A stretch of DNA of 64,000 bases from Stegostoma tigrinum (lineage: Eukaryota), in the NCBI RefSeq assembly GCF_030684315.1, contig NC_081367.1:75358253-75422252 (forward strand), read 5' to 3'. Under the pieces are notes generated by a model. It was not told the DNA's origin. It saw only the letters and a program-made list of their open reading frames with translations, and did not search any database. Of the stretch, positions 37,481 through 50,606 are shown in pieces (the first letter of the stretch is position 1; every line of letters starts with the position of its first letter). The position numbers and the translations under genes are program-made.

Positions 37481-38129
37481 TGTTACATCTCATATCTTTC
37501 AATGAGAGTCTGACTTATGGGAGGAGACTCAAAATATGCCTTTTATTGGTATGGTACTGATACTGCATACAGCACAGAAAAGGCACAAAGGCACGATGAC
37601 ACAGGAAAAAGAACAGGACCAAATATCGAATAATTAGAAAATCAAAATTCAGAAAGTCATGAAAATAACAAGAATATCACAGCCTTAAAATTTTTGTCCT
37701 TATAACTATATCATAAAAAAGAGAAAGAAAATGATAGAGATATTTGTGGTTGCCATTAACTCTTTGTTATCTGGTTTGAATCCTTTTATGAACTATAAAA
37801 TCTGGTTTTATAATTATTGCTTAATAATGTGAGATCTAGAATTATTTCAAGTGGCAGTTGTTTTATCTATGGCTTATAGAATGTTCTTCAAATACGTGTA
37901 CTTGCTATGACTGTTCCATTGTTCAAATATTTTTACCTTGAAAACATTAATTTTATTATGTGATAGTTTTAGTTGACTGACAAAATGCTATTGTCAGCAA
38001 TATTTGTGAGCAGCTATCCTTTGCTATTCAGTGACTGGCAAACTGTTGCCCATCTTATGCTACTTGGTGAAAGTTAGCCCTATCAGGATCCTTGTCATTC
38101 ACCTTAACAATTGCCCCTCCTGAGTTTAT

Positions 38130-39965
38130 AGCCCCTATAAGGTCAACCCTCAATCTCCTATGCCCCAGTGAAAAACGTTGCAGCATATGCAGCCTATCTT
38201 TATATCTCAAACCTTCCATTCCCGGCAACACGCTGGCAAATTCTTTGAGTCCAGTCCAATTTAATAATACCCTTCCTATAACACAGCACTCCAGAAGAGG
38301 TCTCACCAACACCCTGTACAACCTCAACATGACATCCCAGCTACCATACTCAATGGTCTGAGCAATGAAGGCAAGCATGCTAAATGCTGCCTTAACTACC
38401 CTGTCTACATGTGACACAAATTTCAATGAGATATGTACCCGAATCCATAGATTGGTCTCCTTTGTTCTACATCATTACTCAGAGCCCTACCATTAATTGT
38501 ATAAATCCTGCCCTTGTTTATTTTACCAAAATGCAATAGCTCGCATTTATCCAAATTAAATTGTCTGCCACTTCTAAACCCATTGACCCAATTGATTAAT
38601 ATCTCTTTGTAATCTTAGATAACGTTCTTCACTGTACACTATCCATCAATTTTGATGTCATGCGCAAACTTACTAACAATGTCTCCTAAACACTCCTCCA
38701 ATTTTTTTATATAAATGACAAACAAAAGTGGACTGATCCCTGTGGAACACTGGTCACACGCCTCCAGTCTGAAAAGCCACCACCATCCTCTGTCTCCTAA
38801 TTCCAAGCCAATTTTGTATCCAATTGGCAAGCTCTCCCTGTATCCCATGTGATCTAATTTTATTAATTAGTCCAATGGTACCTTGTCAAAGACTTTAGTA
38901 AAGTCCACGTAAACCATGTCTACCACTCTGGCCCCTCAGATTTTTTGGTTATTTCCTCAAAAAGTCAGTCAAATTTGAGAGACACTATTTCCCTCAGAAG
39001 AAACCATGCTGACTGCACTTAATCAGTCCTAGCCTTTCCAAATTAAGTAAATCTTTATCTTTCAGAATCACTTCCAATGTCAGACTCCCAAGTCTGTAAC
39101 TTCCAGGTTTCTCCTTACAGCATTCCGTAAAGAATGGCACAAGGTTGACCACCTTCCAGTCCTCCGGCACCCCAATCATTGTTATTGGTGATACCAATAT
39201 CTTTGCTAGGGGTCCTGCAATTTCTTCTCTAATTCCTCACAGTGTGATCAGGGACTGAAGATTTAACCACCTTTCATGTTTTCTAAAACCTCCAGCACTT
39301 CCTCTTCTGTAATGTGATCGTTTTCAAAACATCGATTTCTCTGAGTCCTGAGCCTTTGTTTCTTTCAACAGTAAAAACTAATGCGGAATATTCTATTACT
39401 ATCTCTCTCATCTCCTGAGATTCAAATATATAGATGACCTTGTTGATCTCAAAGAGGCCTTATTCAGTCCCTAGTTGCTCTTTTTCTTTTCATGTACTTG
39501 TATAATCTCTTTGGGTTATCTTTAGCTTTATTGACCAAGGTCATTTCACAGCCCCTTTGCCCTCCTGATTTCCCTCTTAAGAATGTCCCTACATACTTTA
39601 TAATCTTCAAGAGATTCATTTGATCCTAGTTGTCTGTATCTAACATGACTGTTTCTTATTCTTGACCAGAACCTCAAACTTTTTATTCATCCAATGTTCC
39701 CTAATCTTAGCAGCCTTATCTTTCACTCTTACATGAATATAACGCCTGTGAACTATCGTTATCACACTTTTGAAAGCCTCTCACTTCTCAGTCGTCTCTT
39801 TACCTGCGTACAGACTACTTCAATAACTTATGAAAGTTCCTTCGTGCCATTAAAGTACTTAATCAAAGTAAGGTAAATTACTTTACTTTAAAATTAATAG
39901 TTTTATGATCAGTAGTCCAAAAGTGTTCACCTAATAACACTGCAGTCACTTGCCCTGCCTTATTT
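38130..39965 (-). mobile_element. Heavily decayed CR1 ORF2
   Basis: VPEDWKVVNLVPFF, KFAHDIKI and RLYRVLVRPLLE fragments in collinear order. Confidence 0.88.
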
Positions 39966-42574
39966 CTCAAGGTAATGATAGACATATTAGAGTAGTATTT
40001 TCACAATGTCCTTCTGCATCCAAGGTTTTTTGTTCTTTTGAGCTGTTAAGTCTTGTAAAGTGAAGCCTAACTGGACTTAGGTAACTAACTTAGACTTAAC
40101 TAGTTAAACTGCAGTGGTTCATGAAGGCTGCTGACCACCACCACCTTGAGGGCAATAAATGCTGGCCAACCAGTGAAGCTCACATCCCACAAACACATAA
40201 AAATAAGCTGAAAATCAGACTCATGTGAGCATATATTAAAGCACATGAATTAGGAGGAGGGGTAGGCTATTCGGTCCACAAGCTTGTTCCACCACCCCCA
40301 ATTCCTTTTCATTCTTTGCTTATCAAGAATCATATCTGCCTCCAACTTTAAAAATATTCAAAGGCTCTGTTTCTACCATGTTTTGTGGAAGATCGTACTA
40401 AACTCTTGCAGTCCTCTCAAAATTTGTTTCCTCTCATCTCATGATCTTGTTTGCTTTGTCTACAGCAGACTTGATTATTCAATGATGATTTTTAGTGGCT
40501 AATCGATGCAAACATATGTGAAATCAGCATGCTTGGACCCACAAGGTCCCATACTGAATTTCACAAGTTCTGGTGAGCATCCACTTGTGGCTCAGTTCCT
40601 TGTTAATAATAAAGTGACAGTGACAGTGACAGGGAAGTTATCCTTGCCAATTTTGGAATGTCTTTTAAGGTGAAATCATTCAACATTGAATGTAGTTTTG
40701 CTCAACATTTATTTGAGTGAGCAGCATCTTGTGTACTTTAATTTCATTCTGCTTTTGCTGAAGCCCTAATTAAACCCCAGCAGTCTTGATAAATACTATC
40801 ATCAAGAAGATGGGAATCATTTTTCATTTTTCTGTTGCATTACATTTGAACAAGTTGAAACAATTTATGCCCACTGCTTTAAATATCCAAAAGACCCCGC
40901 TTTTAGGTCTTTGCATTTTGACGTGTACTTTGAAGGACATCCTGTCTGGTTTCTCCGTTCACTACAGAGGCAGTAACTAAGCGGTAATATTTGCTGCTTA
41001 ACTGATTTACAAAGAGCTCCAGGATCTAGATGTCATTCCCTGTATCTTTTTAAAAGTTATCAGTTTGTGAGATTTGAATGCAGCATTATCCTCCCAGGCC
41101 TACTACAGCACCATGTGAGAGAGAGTGCAGTCTGCAGTTGGTTTTTTTTAAAGCAGATGACTGAAACCAACATTTTCTAAGGGCAGCATGATTATTCTGG
41201 AAAGGGAACTGCAACAGAAGAATGAAGCAATGCTACAAAAAATGTAGTTTTATTTTTTCATGAGGTGTGGGCATCACTAGCTGAGCCAGCATTTGCTCAT
41301 TCCCAATTCCAGATGGTAGATGTCACTGGTTTGGAACGTACTATATTAGAAGGCTTGTGGAGCTGTTGCTGTGAATTTTGTAAATGGTGTGTACTGCTAC
41401 CACTGTGCATTGGTGGTGAAAGAAGTGAATGTTGACGATGGTGGATGGTGCAGGCGATGCCAGATTTTGTGCAGCCATGAGCAAATATCCCCACTTCTGT
41501 CCTTCTGCAGATAGGAAGGCTATTGACGAAGCAATCATGGCTCTCTTCCCATGTAGTACAAAATGTAGCAATATTTCATTACTGCACTTGCTAAGAAGCC
41601 AGCTTGAGTCAATTTTTTGTACATAGTCTTCATGCATTTGTTATGGTTATTAGCCACTTGATGGCAGTGTAGTCATTTGAAAAACTTCATATGATTAGTC
41701 ATGTTTTCCAGTATCATTGATTCTGGTATTTGTAATCTAGAATGTTTCCCTTCTGTGTTTTGAACTGTAATCCTTTGATATACACTGCTACATGACACAT
41801 TGAACGATCTGCAGTGCAGAATCTAAACTGACTGAAATAAAACCTAGAACTGCAGATGCTGAAGATCTGAAACAAAAACAGAATTGTGCTGGTGAAACTC
41901 AGCAGGTCTGGCAACATCTGTGGAGAAAGAGTTAACGTTTTGAGTCTGGTGACCCTTGTTTAGAATCTCATTCTGAAGAAGAATCACTAAACTGTAAGCG
42001 TTAATTCTGTGCTGTCTGTCCACAGATGCTACCAGACCTGAATTTCTCCAGCAAATTCTGATTCTGGGCCCAAGTGATTTGTTCAGATGAACTATACAAG
42101 AGGTTTGGAAGTTTCTGCATTACCAAGTTTAATTTACACACAATGTTTTGTCTGTTTCTGCAGATGCCATTCCTTTCATAAGTTGTAAAGACTTGTGATT
42201 GTTGGAGTACATCAAAGCAGGCTAAATTTCTGAGCTGAGATACATCAAAATGACTGAGTTCAGCCAAATTCATTGAGTTTGAGGAAAGAAACAATTTGTA
42301 ATTGGGGTGAGGACTACGTTAAATGGAATTTAGAAGAATGAGGGAGGGATCTTATAGAAACACATCTGGTTCTTGCCGACACCATACTTGAGCAGGGAGG
42401 TGGTTTCTGTAATGTTTCTCCTCCTCCCCTCTGTGTCACACATCAAGCAGGCCTTGGACAGACGTGAATACTGAAACAGTTTGGGATTCAAAGGAAACAA
42501 ATGCTGTTCAATTTTTTAAAAAATTAACAGACAGGGACCGGATGAGTGGCTCAGGGTCCTTGTGTATGAAGTTG

Positions 42575-43050
42575 ACATGAAGGTCAGAATATTGCAGGGA
42601 GTTTCATCAGGCAGGTGGCACCACAGGGTCAAAGGTCAGCAGCAGGAGATCAGATTATCGCAGGATTTTCATCAAGTAACACCAGAGATCACAACAAGGG
42701 GCTCAGGGGTCAGTACAAGGCAGCATCTGTGGGTTAGAGATCAGCATAAGGCAACATCAGGGTTCAGCGCCAGGAGGTCAAACTATTGCAGAGACTTTTG
42801 GGGTCAACACAGAGGCCATGGGCCAGCACCAAGCCACATTGGGAGGTTAGAGGTCAGCACCAGCCAGTAGTTGGGAATCAAGTGTCAGCACTAGGAGGTC
42901 AGTTTTGCAGAGAATTTGATCAGGCAGCAGCTGAGGATCAAAGGTCAGCACCAAGGGGTCAGAGTATTGCAGTGAGGTTCATCAGGTAGCACCAGGGAGC
43001 AGGGGTCAGTGCTAGGCAACAACTAGGAGGTCAAAGATCAATGCCAGTTT
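42575..43050 (+). repeat. Degenerate GGTCAGCACCAGG-motif minisatellite
   Basis: Many diverged (G/A)GGTCAGCA / GGTCAA units. Confidence 0.7.
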
Positions 43051-43291
43051 GCCAATGCGTTTGTGTCCTGCATGGAGTGGGACACCCAAAAGATGAGCCT
43101 GTCTTGTCTTTACACGCAAGCCAGGAATCATCAGCTTTACTTTTAATTGGAGTCTGTATTCGTTGCTCACCATTCTAAAGTCAAAATAAATGATTGAGTC
43201 ACTTAACTCAATGTGACTCGCTTTCTTTTCAGTTCACCCTTGCATCTGATTCAGAAGGATTCAGGTTCAAATCCCACACCACAAGACATTG

Positions 43292-43830
43292 GTTGGGTCA
43301 CTCTTGGAATACCTTGTTTAGTTCTGGTTTCCCTGCTACGGAAAGGATGTTGTAAAACTTGGAAGGGTTCAGAAAAGATTTATAAGGACATTGCCAGGGT
43401 TGGAGGCAGAGGCGGAATAGGCTGGAGCTATTTTCCCTGGAACATTGAAAGCTGAGGGATGACCTTATAGAGGTTTATAAAATCGAGGGGCACGGATAGG
43501 GTGAATAGCCAAAGCGTTTCTCCCAAGGTGGGAGAATCCAAAAGTAGAGGGCATAGGTTTAAGGTGAGAGGGGAAGGATTTAAAAGGGACCTAAGGGGCA
43601 GCTGCTTCATGCAGAGGGTGGTGCATGTATGGAATGAGCTGCCAAAGGAAGTGGTGGAGGCTGGTGCAATTACAACATTTAAAAGACAGCTGGATGGGGA
43701 CACACGAATAGGAAGGGTTTAAGAGTGTTATGGACCAAATGTTGGGCAATGGGACTGGATTAATTTTGCATATCTGGTTGGCATGGATGTATTGGACCAG
43801 AGGGCCTGTTTCCATAATGTACATATCTAT
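43292..43830 (+). mobile_element. CR1 3' fragment ending the 42366-43830 insert
   Basis: SRGHRFKV..VWNELP (ORF 43501..43722) and a CR1 terminus. Confidence 0.88.
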
Positions 43831-44192
43831 AAAATTATGAAAGGAATGGTAAGATAGATGTAGTGAGGTTGTTTCCACAGGCAGGTGAAACTTGAATTAG
43901 GGAGCATTTCCTCAAAATTAGAGGGAGCAGATTTAGAACGGAGTTGAGGAAGAATTTCTTCACCCAGAGAGTTGAGTCTGTAGAATTCCATCCAGTGAAG
44001 TAGTTAAGGCTATCTCATTGGATGTTTTAAGGCAAACATAGATTTTTGAACAGCAAAGGAATTAAGGGTTATGGTGAACGGGTGGGTAAGTGGAGTTGAG
44101 TCCACGAAAAGATCAGCCATAATTTTATTAAATGGCAGAGCAGGCTTGATGGGCCAAATAGCCTACTCCTGTTTCTCTTTCTTACATTCTTT
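43831..44192 (+). mobile_element. CR1 3' fragment continuing the CR1 piece at 42305-42365
   Basis: ..GGGATCTTATAGAAACACAT joined to AAAATTATGAAAGGAAT.. restores the GDLIET.KIMKG motif. Confidence 0.8.
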
Positions 44193-44454
44193 TGTTCAAA
44201 CACCTTTCATAACCTCAGAATCAACACAAAGCATTTAAACTGGGTGAGTACAGAAATTTGAACCAATTAGTCCCAGAAGTTTCAAAGTTTGTTGTTGTAA
44301 ATAGTAAAGAATAACAAAATCTGAGCACTCTTTCCTCTATGCATTTTGACTTTCTTTCCTTGACTTCCCACCAGTAATCCTAATTATGTTGAGTTTATTG
44401 ACTCTTCTTTGTCCTCCTAACCATTGGTTGTCAAAGAACTTAAAAAAAATTCAC

Positions 44455-44545
44455 GATAACAAAGTGCGGGGCTGGATGAACATAGCAGGCCAAGCAGCAT
44501 TTTAGGAGCACAAAAGCTGACGTTTCAGGTCTAGACCTTTTTTCA
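44455..44545 (-). mobile_element. Family-A PLE tail fragment with partial hammerhead
   Basis: GCTGGATGAAC..GGAGCACAAAAGCTGACGTTTCAGGTCTAGACC. Confidence 0.8.
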
Positions 44546-45832
44546 ACACACAAAGTATGTGGAGAAGTTGCAAACTTGCTGCATCAGGTTTAAGTTAGGC
44601 ATATAGCAATGCAGGTTTAATTTTAGGACATCAAGCATGGATTTATTAAGGACAAGTGGTGTCGGATAAATTGTGTCTGATAGGTTAGCATTTTCACTAA
44701 CGGAAAAATCACCGAAGTTACCAAGTAAGAAGAGTCCATTCAAAGTAGCAGATCTACCAGTACTATATCTTCATCTTGTCTCTTGTTGTCATGCAGTACT
44801 TTATGCATATTAATGGACATCATTTGGAGCAATTGCTCATTTATGAAATCTTTAATAGATGCTTATCAAAAAAGTGAAGCTCCTTTTAATAATCCAGAAG
44901 AATTCTAAAGGCTTTAGAGAGAGGGCATTAATTATTTGCAAGCCTGAAGTCCATTTTCCCTGGCACCAAAACAGAAATTGCTGGAAAAGGTCAGCTGGAC
45001 TGTGAACATATGTGGAGACGAATCAGAGTTAATGATTTCAGTTCAGTGATTCTTCCTCAAAACTCTGAGGTAGCCGAACAGCTTGTCGGTGTGATTCTTT
45101 GGTCAAAAGCCATTAGATCTCTGAAAAAAAGGTGTTATCTTTTAACCAAGCAGTAAAAACAAACCACCGCAAACTTGAAGAAAAAAGAACTATTTATTTC
45201 CCCTAAACAGTCACTGTGGCTTTTAGCCAAAAGTCAGATACTTTTTATGGTGCGAATCTGTCACTGCATCCTGCAAGCCAGTGAGAGCACCTGGAGGAGG
45301 AAAACTGAGGAGCAGCATGGCTGGGCAAACCAAAAGGACCATCACTATGGACAGGGAACACTGAGCTATCTTTCCAGCCTTTGCCTCTAACCGTGGCACC
45401 AATTTCTTTGTCAGTCTGCATGTTTTTGTAGAGAGATTTTATAAAGCGGTTAGAATTTTAACGAGTAAAATTACATGTTAATGGTTCATAATTGTTTACC
45501 TTAGCCAGCATCATCTTATTTTATCAAAATTCTTACTGGGTACAGAATCTCTTTTTGTATACTTTCAGCTCAGATCTAAAATATAGCAAGTTGGGGAATT
45601 TCCCATAATTTTATGAAATCTTTAATTTTTGTGATGACTGAACTTGATTTCCAGCACTACCCAAGTGAGTTGTAACAATCCCAAACGAGAATGTGCATCA
45701 CATATTGAACCCCCTTTTTTACACACTGCCAAACTGGGGCATGGTCCTACCCTTTTTTAAAAAAAACCCAGCAGGGAGCAAACATGGTTAACATTGAACT
45801 TGACATCCTTGGATATATTTTCTTTTGGCAAG

Positions 45833-46033
45833 AGAGATAGCAAGATCTGCTGATTCTGGAGTCAGAGTCAATACAGTATGGGACTGGAGGAACACAGGAG
45901 GTCAGGAGCAGGAAAGTCAACGTTTCAGGTTTCTACCCTCCTTCAGTTCTGATGAAGGGTGTAAACCCGAAACATCAGCTTTCCTGCTCCACTGCTGCTG
46001 ACCTGTTTTCTTCCAACTCCACACTGTATTGAC
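45833..46033. mobile_element. Fold-back family-A-like mini-element with hammerhead at 45945-45980
   Basis: GTCAATACAGT..ACTGTATTGAC inverted ends; AGTT-CTGATGA-A-GGGT-GTAA-ACCC-GAAA-CATC-AGCT. Confidence 0.85.
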
Positions 46034-46123
46034 ATAAATATATTGATGCAGTTTAGAAACAAAAAATACATTAAACATTCAGCATACTGTTAATTCCAAT
46101 TGTTTACTAATCTCTCTTTCCAG

Positions 46124-46230
46124 ACGATCCCCATGTGAAATACTCTGCTGTAAGCAGTTTTGTTTTCCTTCGATTCTTCGCAGTTGCAGTGGTCTCCCCT
46201 CACAGTTTCCATCTTCGACACCATCATCCA
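46124..46230 (+). CDS. RASA2: RASA2 FLR-motif exon (107 nt): (D)[35 protein letters not shown]
   Basis: Branch-like TACTAAT, CAG acceptor, GTAAGT donor; RasGAP FLRFF..A..SP signature in the RASA2 form (AVAVVSP). Confidence 0.97.
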
Positions 46231-47153
46231 GTAAGTTGTGTAATCATTGGTGAGAGTAGTTTTGAACAAAAGAATTGAAAACCCAGAACCTGGCATAGTA
46301 TGAAATGAACTGACTTGATTTGAGGTTTATTTGATAAGGCAGGCATTGATGGAGCAACCTGTAATGAGGCAAGGCTAGTAGGCACAGCTAATAATGGTGA
46401 TACACCCAATATCTTGTATACAAGAAATGTCCAGCAAAAATTGAGTGATGAGAAATTGATTTAGGAGTCATATATGATAAATGCTGCCTGACTGGATTTC
46501 TTCCATTATTTTCTGTTATTATTCTAAAGTTTTTTTTGAGTATTCACTTATTTAATTTGAAGCAAATTGAATTGAGTTTTCATACGGGCAATCTTGAATG
46601 AGACATAAAATATACCTACCTAAAAGAAGGAAATATTATATTCACTTAAATTGATTAAATAGGACAATGAAAATAGAAATGAGGCAAAACAGTGAAGAAA
46701 AATAAAGTGGTGAAAAATCTACTTAAATCAGATGTTAGAAATGCATAATACATCCAGAACAATTGTCTGGTCAGGGTAGTAGGTGTTAAGAGATTGAAAT
46801 TGCAGCAATATTTAAAATAGATTAGAAACTAATAGTGCATTGAAATAGACATTTGGTGTGCCTGTAGTTGTAAATACTGTGTCTTGCACTGGAATATCCC
46901 CGGTGGTAGGTTAACAAGCCAGCTGACCCAACTTTGAGAATGGCATCTATGTGGATTTCGCATTTACTTTAACACTTATTTGTGTTAATAAAGTCGTTTG
47001 GGCCTTTGGTGGGAATCAGGCTTCAATCCTGAACTGAAAATGCTGGTGGTGTCGGAGAGTTATATTTATGTTTTAGTATGGAAAAAGTTGTCAGTGAAGT
47101 CAGTTGCTCTGTTCAATTTGTCTGTCTTTCTTGCACCTCTTGTTTCATTCTAG

Positions 47154-47240
47154 GATGCTCAGACAACTCGAGTGTTGACCTTAATTTCCAAAACAATCCA
47201 AACCTTGGGAAGCTGGGGCAGTTTATCCAAAAACAAACTG
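47154..47240 (+). CDS. RASA2: RASA2 exon (87 nt): DAQTTRVLTLISKTIQTLGSWGSLSKNKL
   Basis: TAG acceptor; weaker GTCAGA donor chosen because it keeps the frame; GSWGSLSK is RASA2-type. Confidence 0.92.
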
Positions 47241-47326
47241 GTCAGAATCATCTCGACGATTTTTCAAAAATTTACATTTTATTGTTTCATTTCTGTGTAC
47301 TAATTTTGCTTTATTTTGAATCGCAG

Positions 47327-47404
47327 TCAAGTTTCAAGGAGTCCTATATGTGTGATTTTTTTAAACTGTTTCAAGAAGAAAAATGCATTGAGTCAGTTAA
47401 AAAG
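47327..47404 (+). CDS. RASA2: RASA2 exon (78 nt): SSFKESYMCDFFKLFQEEKCIESVKK
   Basis: CAG acceptor after an 86-nt intron containing TACTAAT; GTAAGC donor; KE.YM motif. Confidence 0.96.
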
Positions 47405-48614
47405 GTAAGCTTGATTTAACGTTTTGATATCAATTAATGTATTGGAGAGGGATTTTAAAGAGGAGTTGGAGTCCTGCATTCAGTAGCACAAAGCAGCCTT
47501 TATTCGGAACTCCATTACCGCATGTGTGAGAGAGGTCAGTGACAGTTCTGAATCTAGCTTTCATATGGGGCCCAGTTGTCCTCTGAATCACAGCTCAGAT
47601 CAGAGGGCGGTGACATTCTATCTGTCCCAGTAAAGCACAGGTTATGTATACTTGCCCTGTTTCAATGGTTACATGCAATGTTGATATCAGTGCTTGCCAC
47701 GTACTCTCTGATCGACACATCCAATCTTGTGAATAAGACTCTGGCATTTTGTTGTCTGGCTGTGAAGGCCATGATTTTGAGAGATATGAAATGCTACGTC
47801 AGCTAAAATTTTCTTCAATTACCTGTCAATTAAAAAGAAAACCTCCTAAAAGCCATTTTATCATATTCATCCATGGGTAACGCCAACAAAATGAATGTTG
47901 ACTCTACAACCAGAGAATTTTAGGAGCTACACTTCTTCCATGTTTTAGCTTGAAGTGATATTATGTTGCCAGTATTGCCAACACTGTATTTTAATGGCCC
48001 AGATACACTGTTGCTGGATAGTCCTTCTGCAGCATAAGTTGGAGTGCACATCAGGACCATGTAGAGTTTTCTACACAACTGACTGTGAGGGAATTTCCCA
48101 GAAAATTGAAAATTCCAATGGGCAACTCAGCCACATCCTGAACCCACTGAAGAAAAGCCCCTTAAAATTGGAGAATGCAGAGGTTTTGAGATGTGCTGTC
48201 AAACTGGGGATTTGGGACTTTCAAATGTTAACTCCTAAAGTAAAGTAACAAATTTATTTCCTTGGAAACAAATTCTTTTGACCTGGAATACTGCTGCTAC
48301 GCTTAATTTATTTCTCCTCAGTTTCATCTGATGAGCACATTCAGGCAGGCCAGATGCTAAAAGAATCACTCACAGGTAATTTTAAAGAAGATTGCTGGCA
48401 ATTGAATCTATACCAATAGTAATCAGAATTTCTGTGGCCATTATATTGAAATGAGAGAGTAATAAAGATTAGATTGTACTCTACTTGGAAAATGTTTCAT
48501 TATTGTGATCTTGCAGTTCTGGGAAATTGGACATAAAAACATACTGAATTATTGGCTTTTCATTCGTAATATAACTGCATCCAAAATACCTTATGATTTT
48601 TGTTTGTTTTTGCT

Positions 48615-49050
48615 GTTTGTTTCATTAATGGGATGTGGACATTAGTGGCTCAGTCAGCATTTATTTCCCATCTCTAAATACCCTGGTGAAGGCAGCAGTG
48701 AGCTACCTTTCTTTTCCTTTATTCATTCACGGGTTGAGGGCTTTGCTGGCTAGGCAGCATTTATTACCCATCACTAATTGCCCAGAGGGCAGTTAAGAAT
48801 CACCACATTGCTGAGAGTGTGGAGTCACATGTAGGCCAGACCAGGTAAGGATGGCAGTTTCCATTCCTAAAGGACATTAGTGAACGAGATGGGTTTTTCC
48901 AACAATCGACAATGGATTTATGGTCATCTCTCTATTCTTAATTCCAGTTATTTATTGAATTCAAATTCCACCACCCTGGTCCCCAGAACGTTATTTGAGT
49001 CTCTGGATTAACAGTCGAACAATAATGCCACTAGGCAATCGCCTCCCCAA
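48615..49050 (-). mobile_element. tRNA-derived SINE (full copy about 48715-49050 plus adjacent tail fragment); partial copy 49240-49430
   Basis: Homologous to 6625-6955 and 61055-61404. Confidence 0.82.
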
Positions 49051-49993
49051 AAACCTTGAACCATTGCAATCCTGGTTACTGTAGATGGGCTGAGTATTTA
49101 TTAATGACTAATACAGCTTACGGAAGATTAATTTATTTTAATGTAAACACTTCATCTTCCACAATTTGATTTAATAGTAGGGAAATTTTGGAGCATTTTG
49201 CTTTTAGCAAGGCTACCCATTTTTTATATCTTCTGTATTGTCTTTGAGAAGTTGGTGGTGAGCCTCTCAAATACCACTGAGCGGCTTGCCGAGTTATTTC
49301 ATAAGGTCATTGTGAGTTGGACTAAGGAGTTGGAGTAGCATGTGAGCCAGACAAAGTAAGGATGGCAGATCTCCTTTCCGAAAAGAACATTAATGAACCC
49401 AACAGATCTTTAGGACAATCCGATAGTTTAATTTTGATATGTGTGCATATGAGTAAGGAGCAGGAGTAAATCCTTGAGCCTGTTTAATCATAGCTGATGC
49501 AATTGCAAACTCAAATCCACATTCCTACCAACCATCAATAACATTTCACCCTCTTCCTCAAGAATCTATCCACTTCTGACTTAAATATTGAAGAACTCTA
49601 CTTCCACCACTTCCCATCATTTCTGATATTTTGGTTCATTTAATAATTGAGTTATGATTCCCAGCTGCCAGAGTATAACTTGAATTCCTATTACCCTCTA
49701 GCATGTCAATGCTCACCTCCAGTAAACCTGGATTGCTAGTCTAGTAATGTAAACACAATACTCCCTTATTCCTATGTGTTGAGCTGTGTAGTAAATTTGA
49801 GTTTCCAACTGTCCATAGTTTGAAAATTTTTCCAAACAAGTAATACTTGATCTGAAACTTTAACTCTATTTCTTTCTTCATAAATGTTGCCAGATCTGTT
49901 GAGTTTATGCAGCGTTTTGTTTCTCTTTCGGATGTCCAGCATCTGCAGCATTTTATACTTGTTGAAATTTGTAATGTGTGTTTTTGTTTTTAG

Positions 49994-50067
49994 TTTATAG
50001 ATGAAATATCTTCTGCAGAAAGTAAAGAGCCCACTGGTGTAGATCAACTAGTAATCCTTAAAGAAGG
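49994..50067 (+). CDS. RASA2: RASA2 exon (74 nt): [24 protein letters not shown](G)
   Basis: TAG acceptor, GTAAGA donor; GAP-PH linker. Confidence 0.95.
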
Positions 50068-50156
50068 GTAAGAGTGCAATCAAAAAAGAATTGTAATGCT
50101 AGATGTCATGGCTATTTGAAACTACAGAACCAAAAAATATTATTTCTCCTTTGTAG

Positions 50157-50266
50157 AGAAGTCGTTAAAAGAGCTCAGGGAAGAAATCGGCTCCGTAAAG
50201 TGCATAATTTTAAGAAGCGATGGCTCCGTTTGACCAACAGAGAGATCTCTTATCACAAACAATCAG
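50157..50266 (+). CDS. RASA2: RASA2 PH-domain exon (110 nt): [36 protein letters not shown](G)
   Basis: TAG acceptor after an 89-nt intron, GTACAC donor; KRAQG..NFKKRW phosphoinositide-binding motif. Confidence 0.96.
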
Positions 50267-50436
50267 GTACACCAGTTCAACCTGTTTCCAGCATTGGCAG
50301 TTGCAAGTGTTCATGTTATGTGCTAGCCTGAAATTGAATTGATGAATAAAGAGTACAAGCTTTTGCTTCACTTCAATGTTTTAAACAGACTTCATAGTTA
50401 AGCTTTTTTTTAAAACTTGGAGGTGAGTTAACAATG

Positions 50437-50606
50437 TCACAGAAGCAGGAAAGTTGATGTTTCGGGTCTGGATCCTTCTGAAGAAGGGTCCAGACCCGAA
50501 ATGTCAGCTTTCCTGCTCCTCTGATGCTGCTTGGCCTGCTGTGTTCATCCAGCTCTACACTTTGTTATCTCAGATTCTACAGCATCTGCAGTTCCTACTA
50601 TCACTC
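50437..50606. mobile_element. 170-bp fold-back PLE mini-element with 13-bp TSD and hammerhead motif
   Basis: TSD TGAGTTAACAATG at 50424-50436 and 50607-50619; arms 50437-50478 / 50483-50524; CTGAAGA-A-GGGTC-CA-GACCC-GAAA-TGTC at 50478-50505. Confidence 0.92.

Noticed and set aside
47078-47419. 113-aa ORF spanning two exons
   Set aside because: Only its end is in the RASA2 frame; the rest is off-frame exon and intron read-through.
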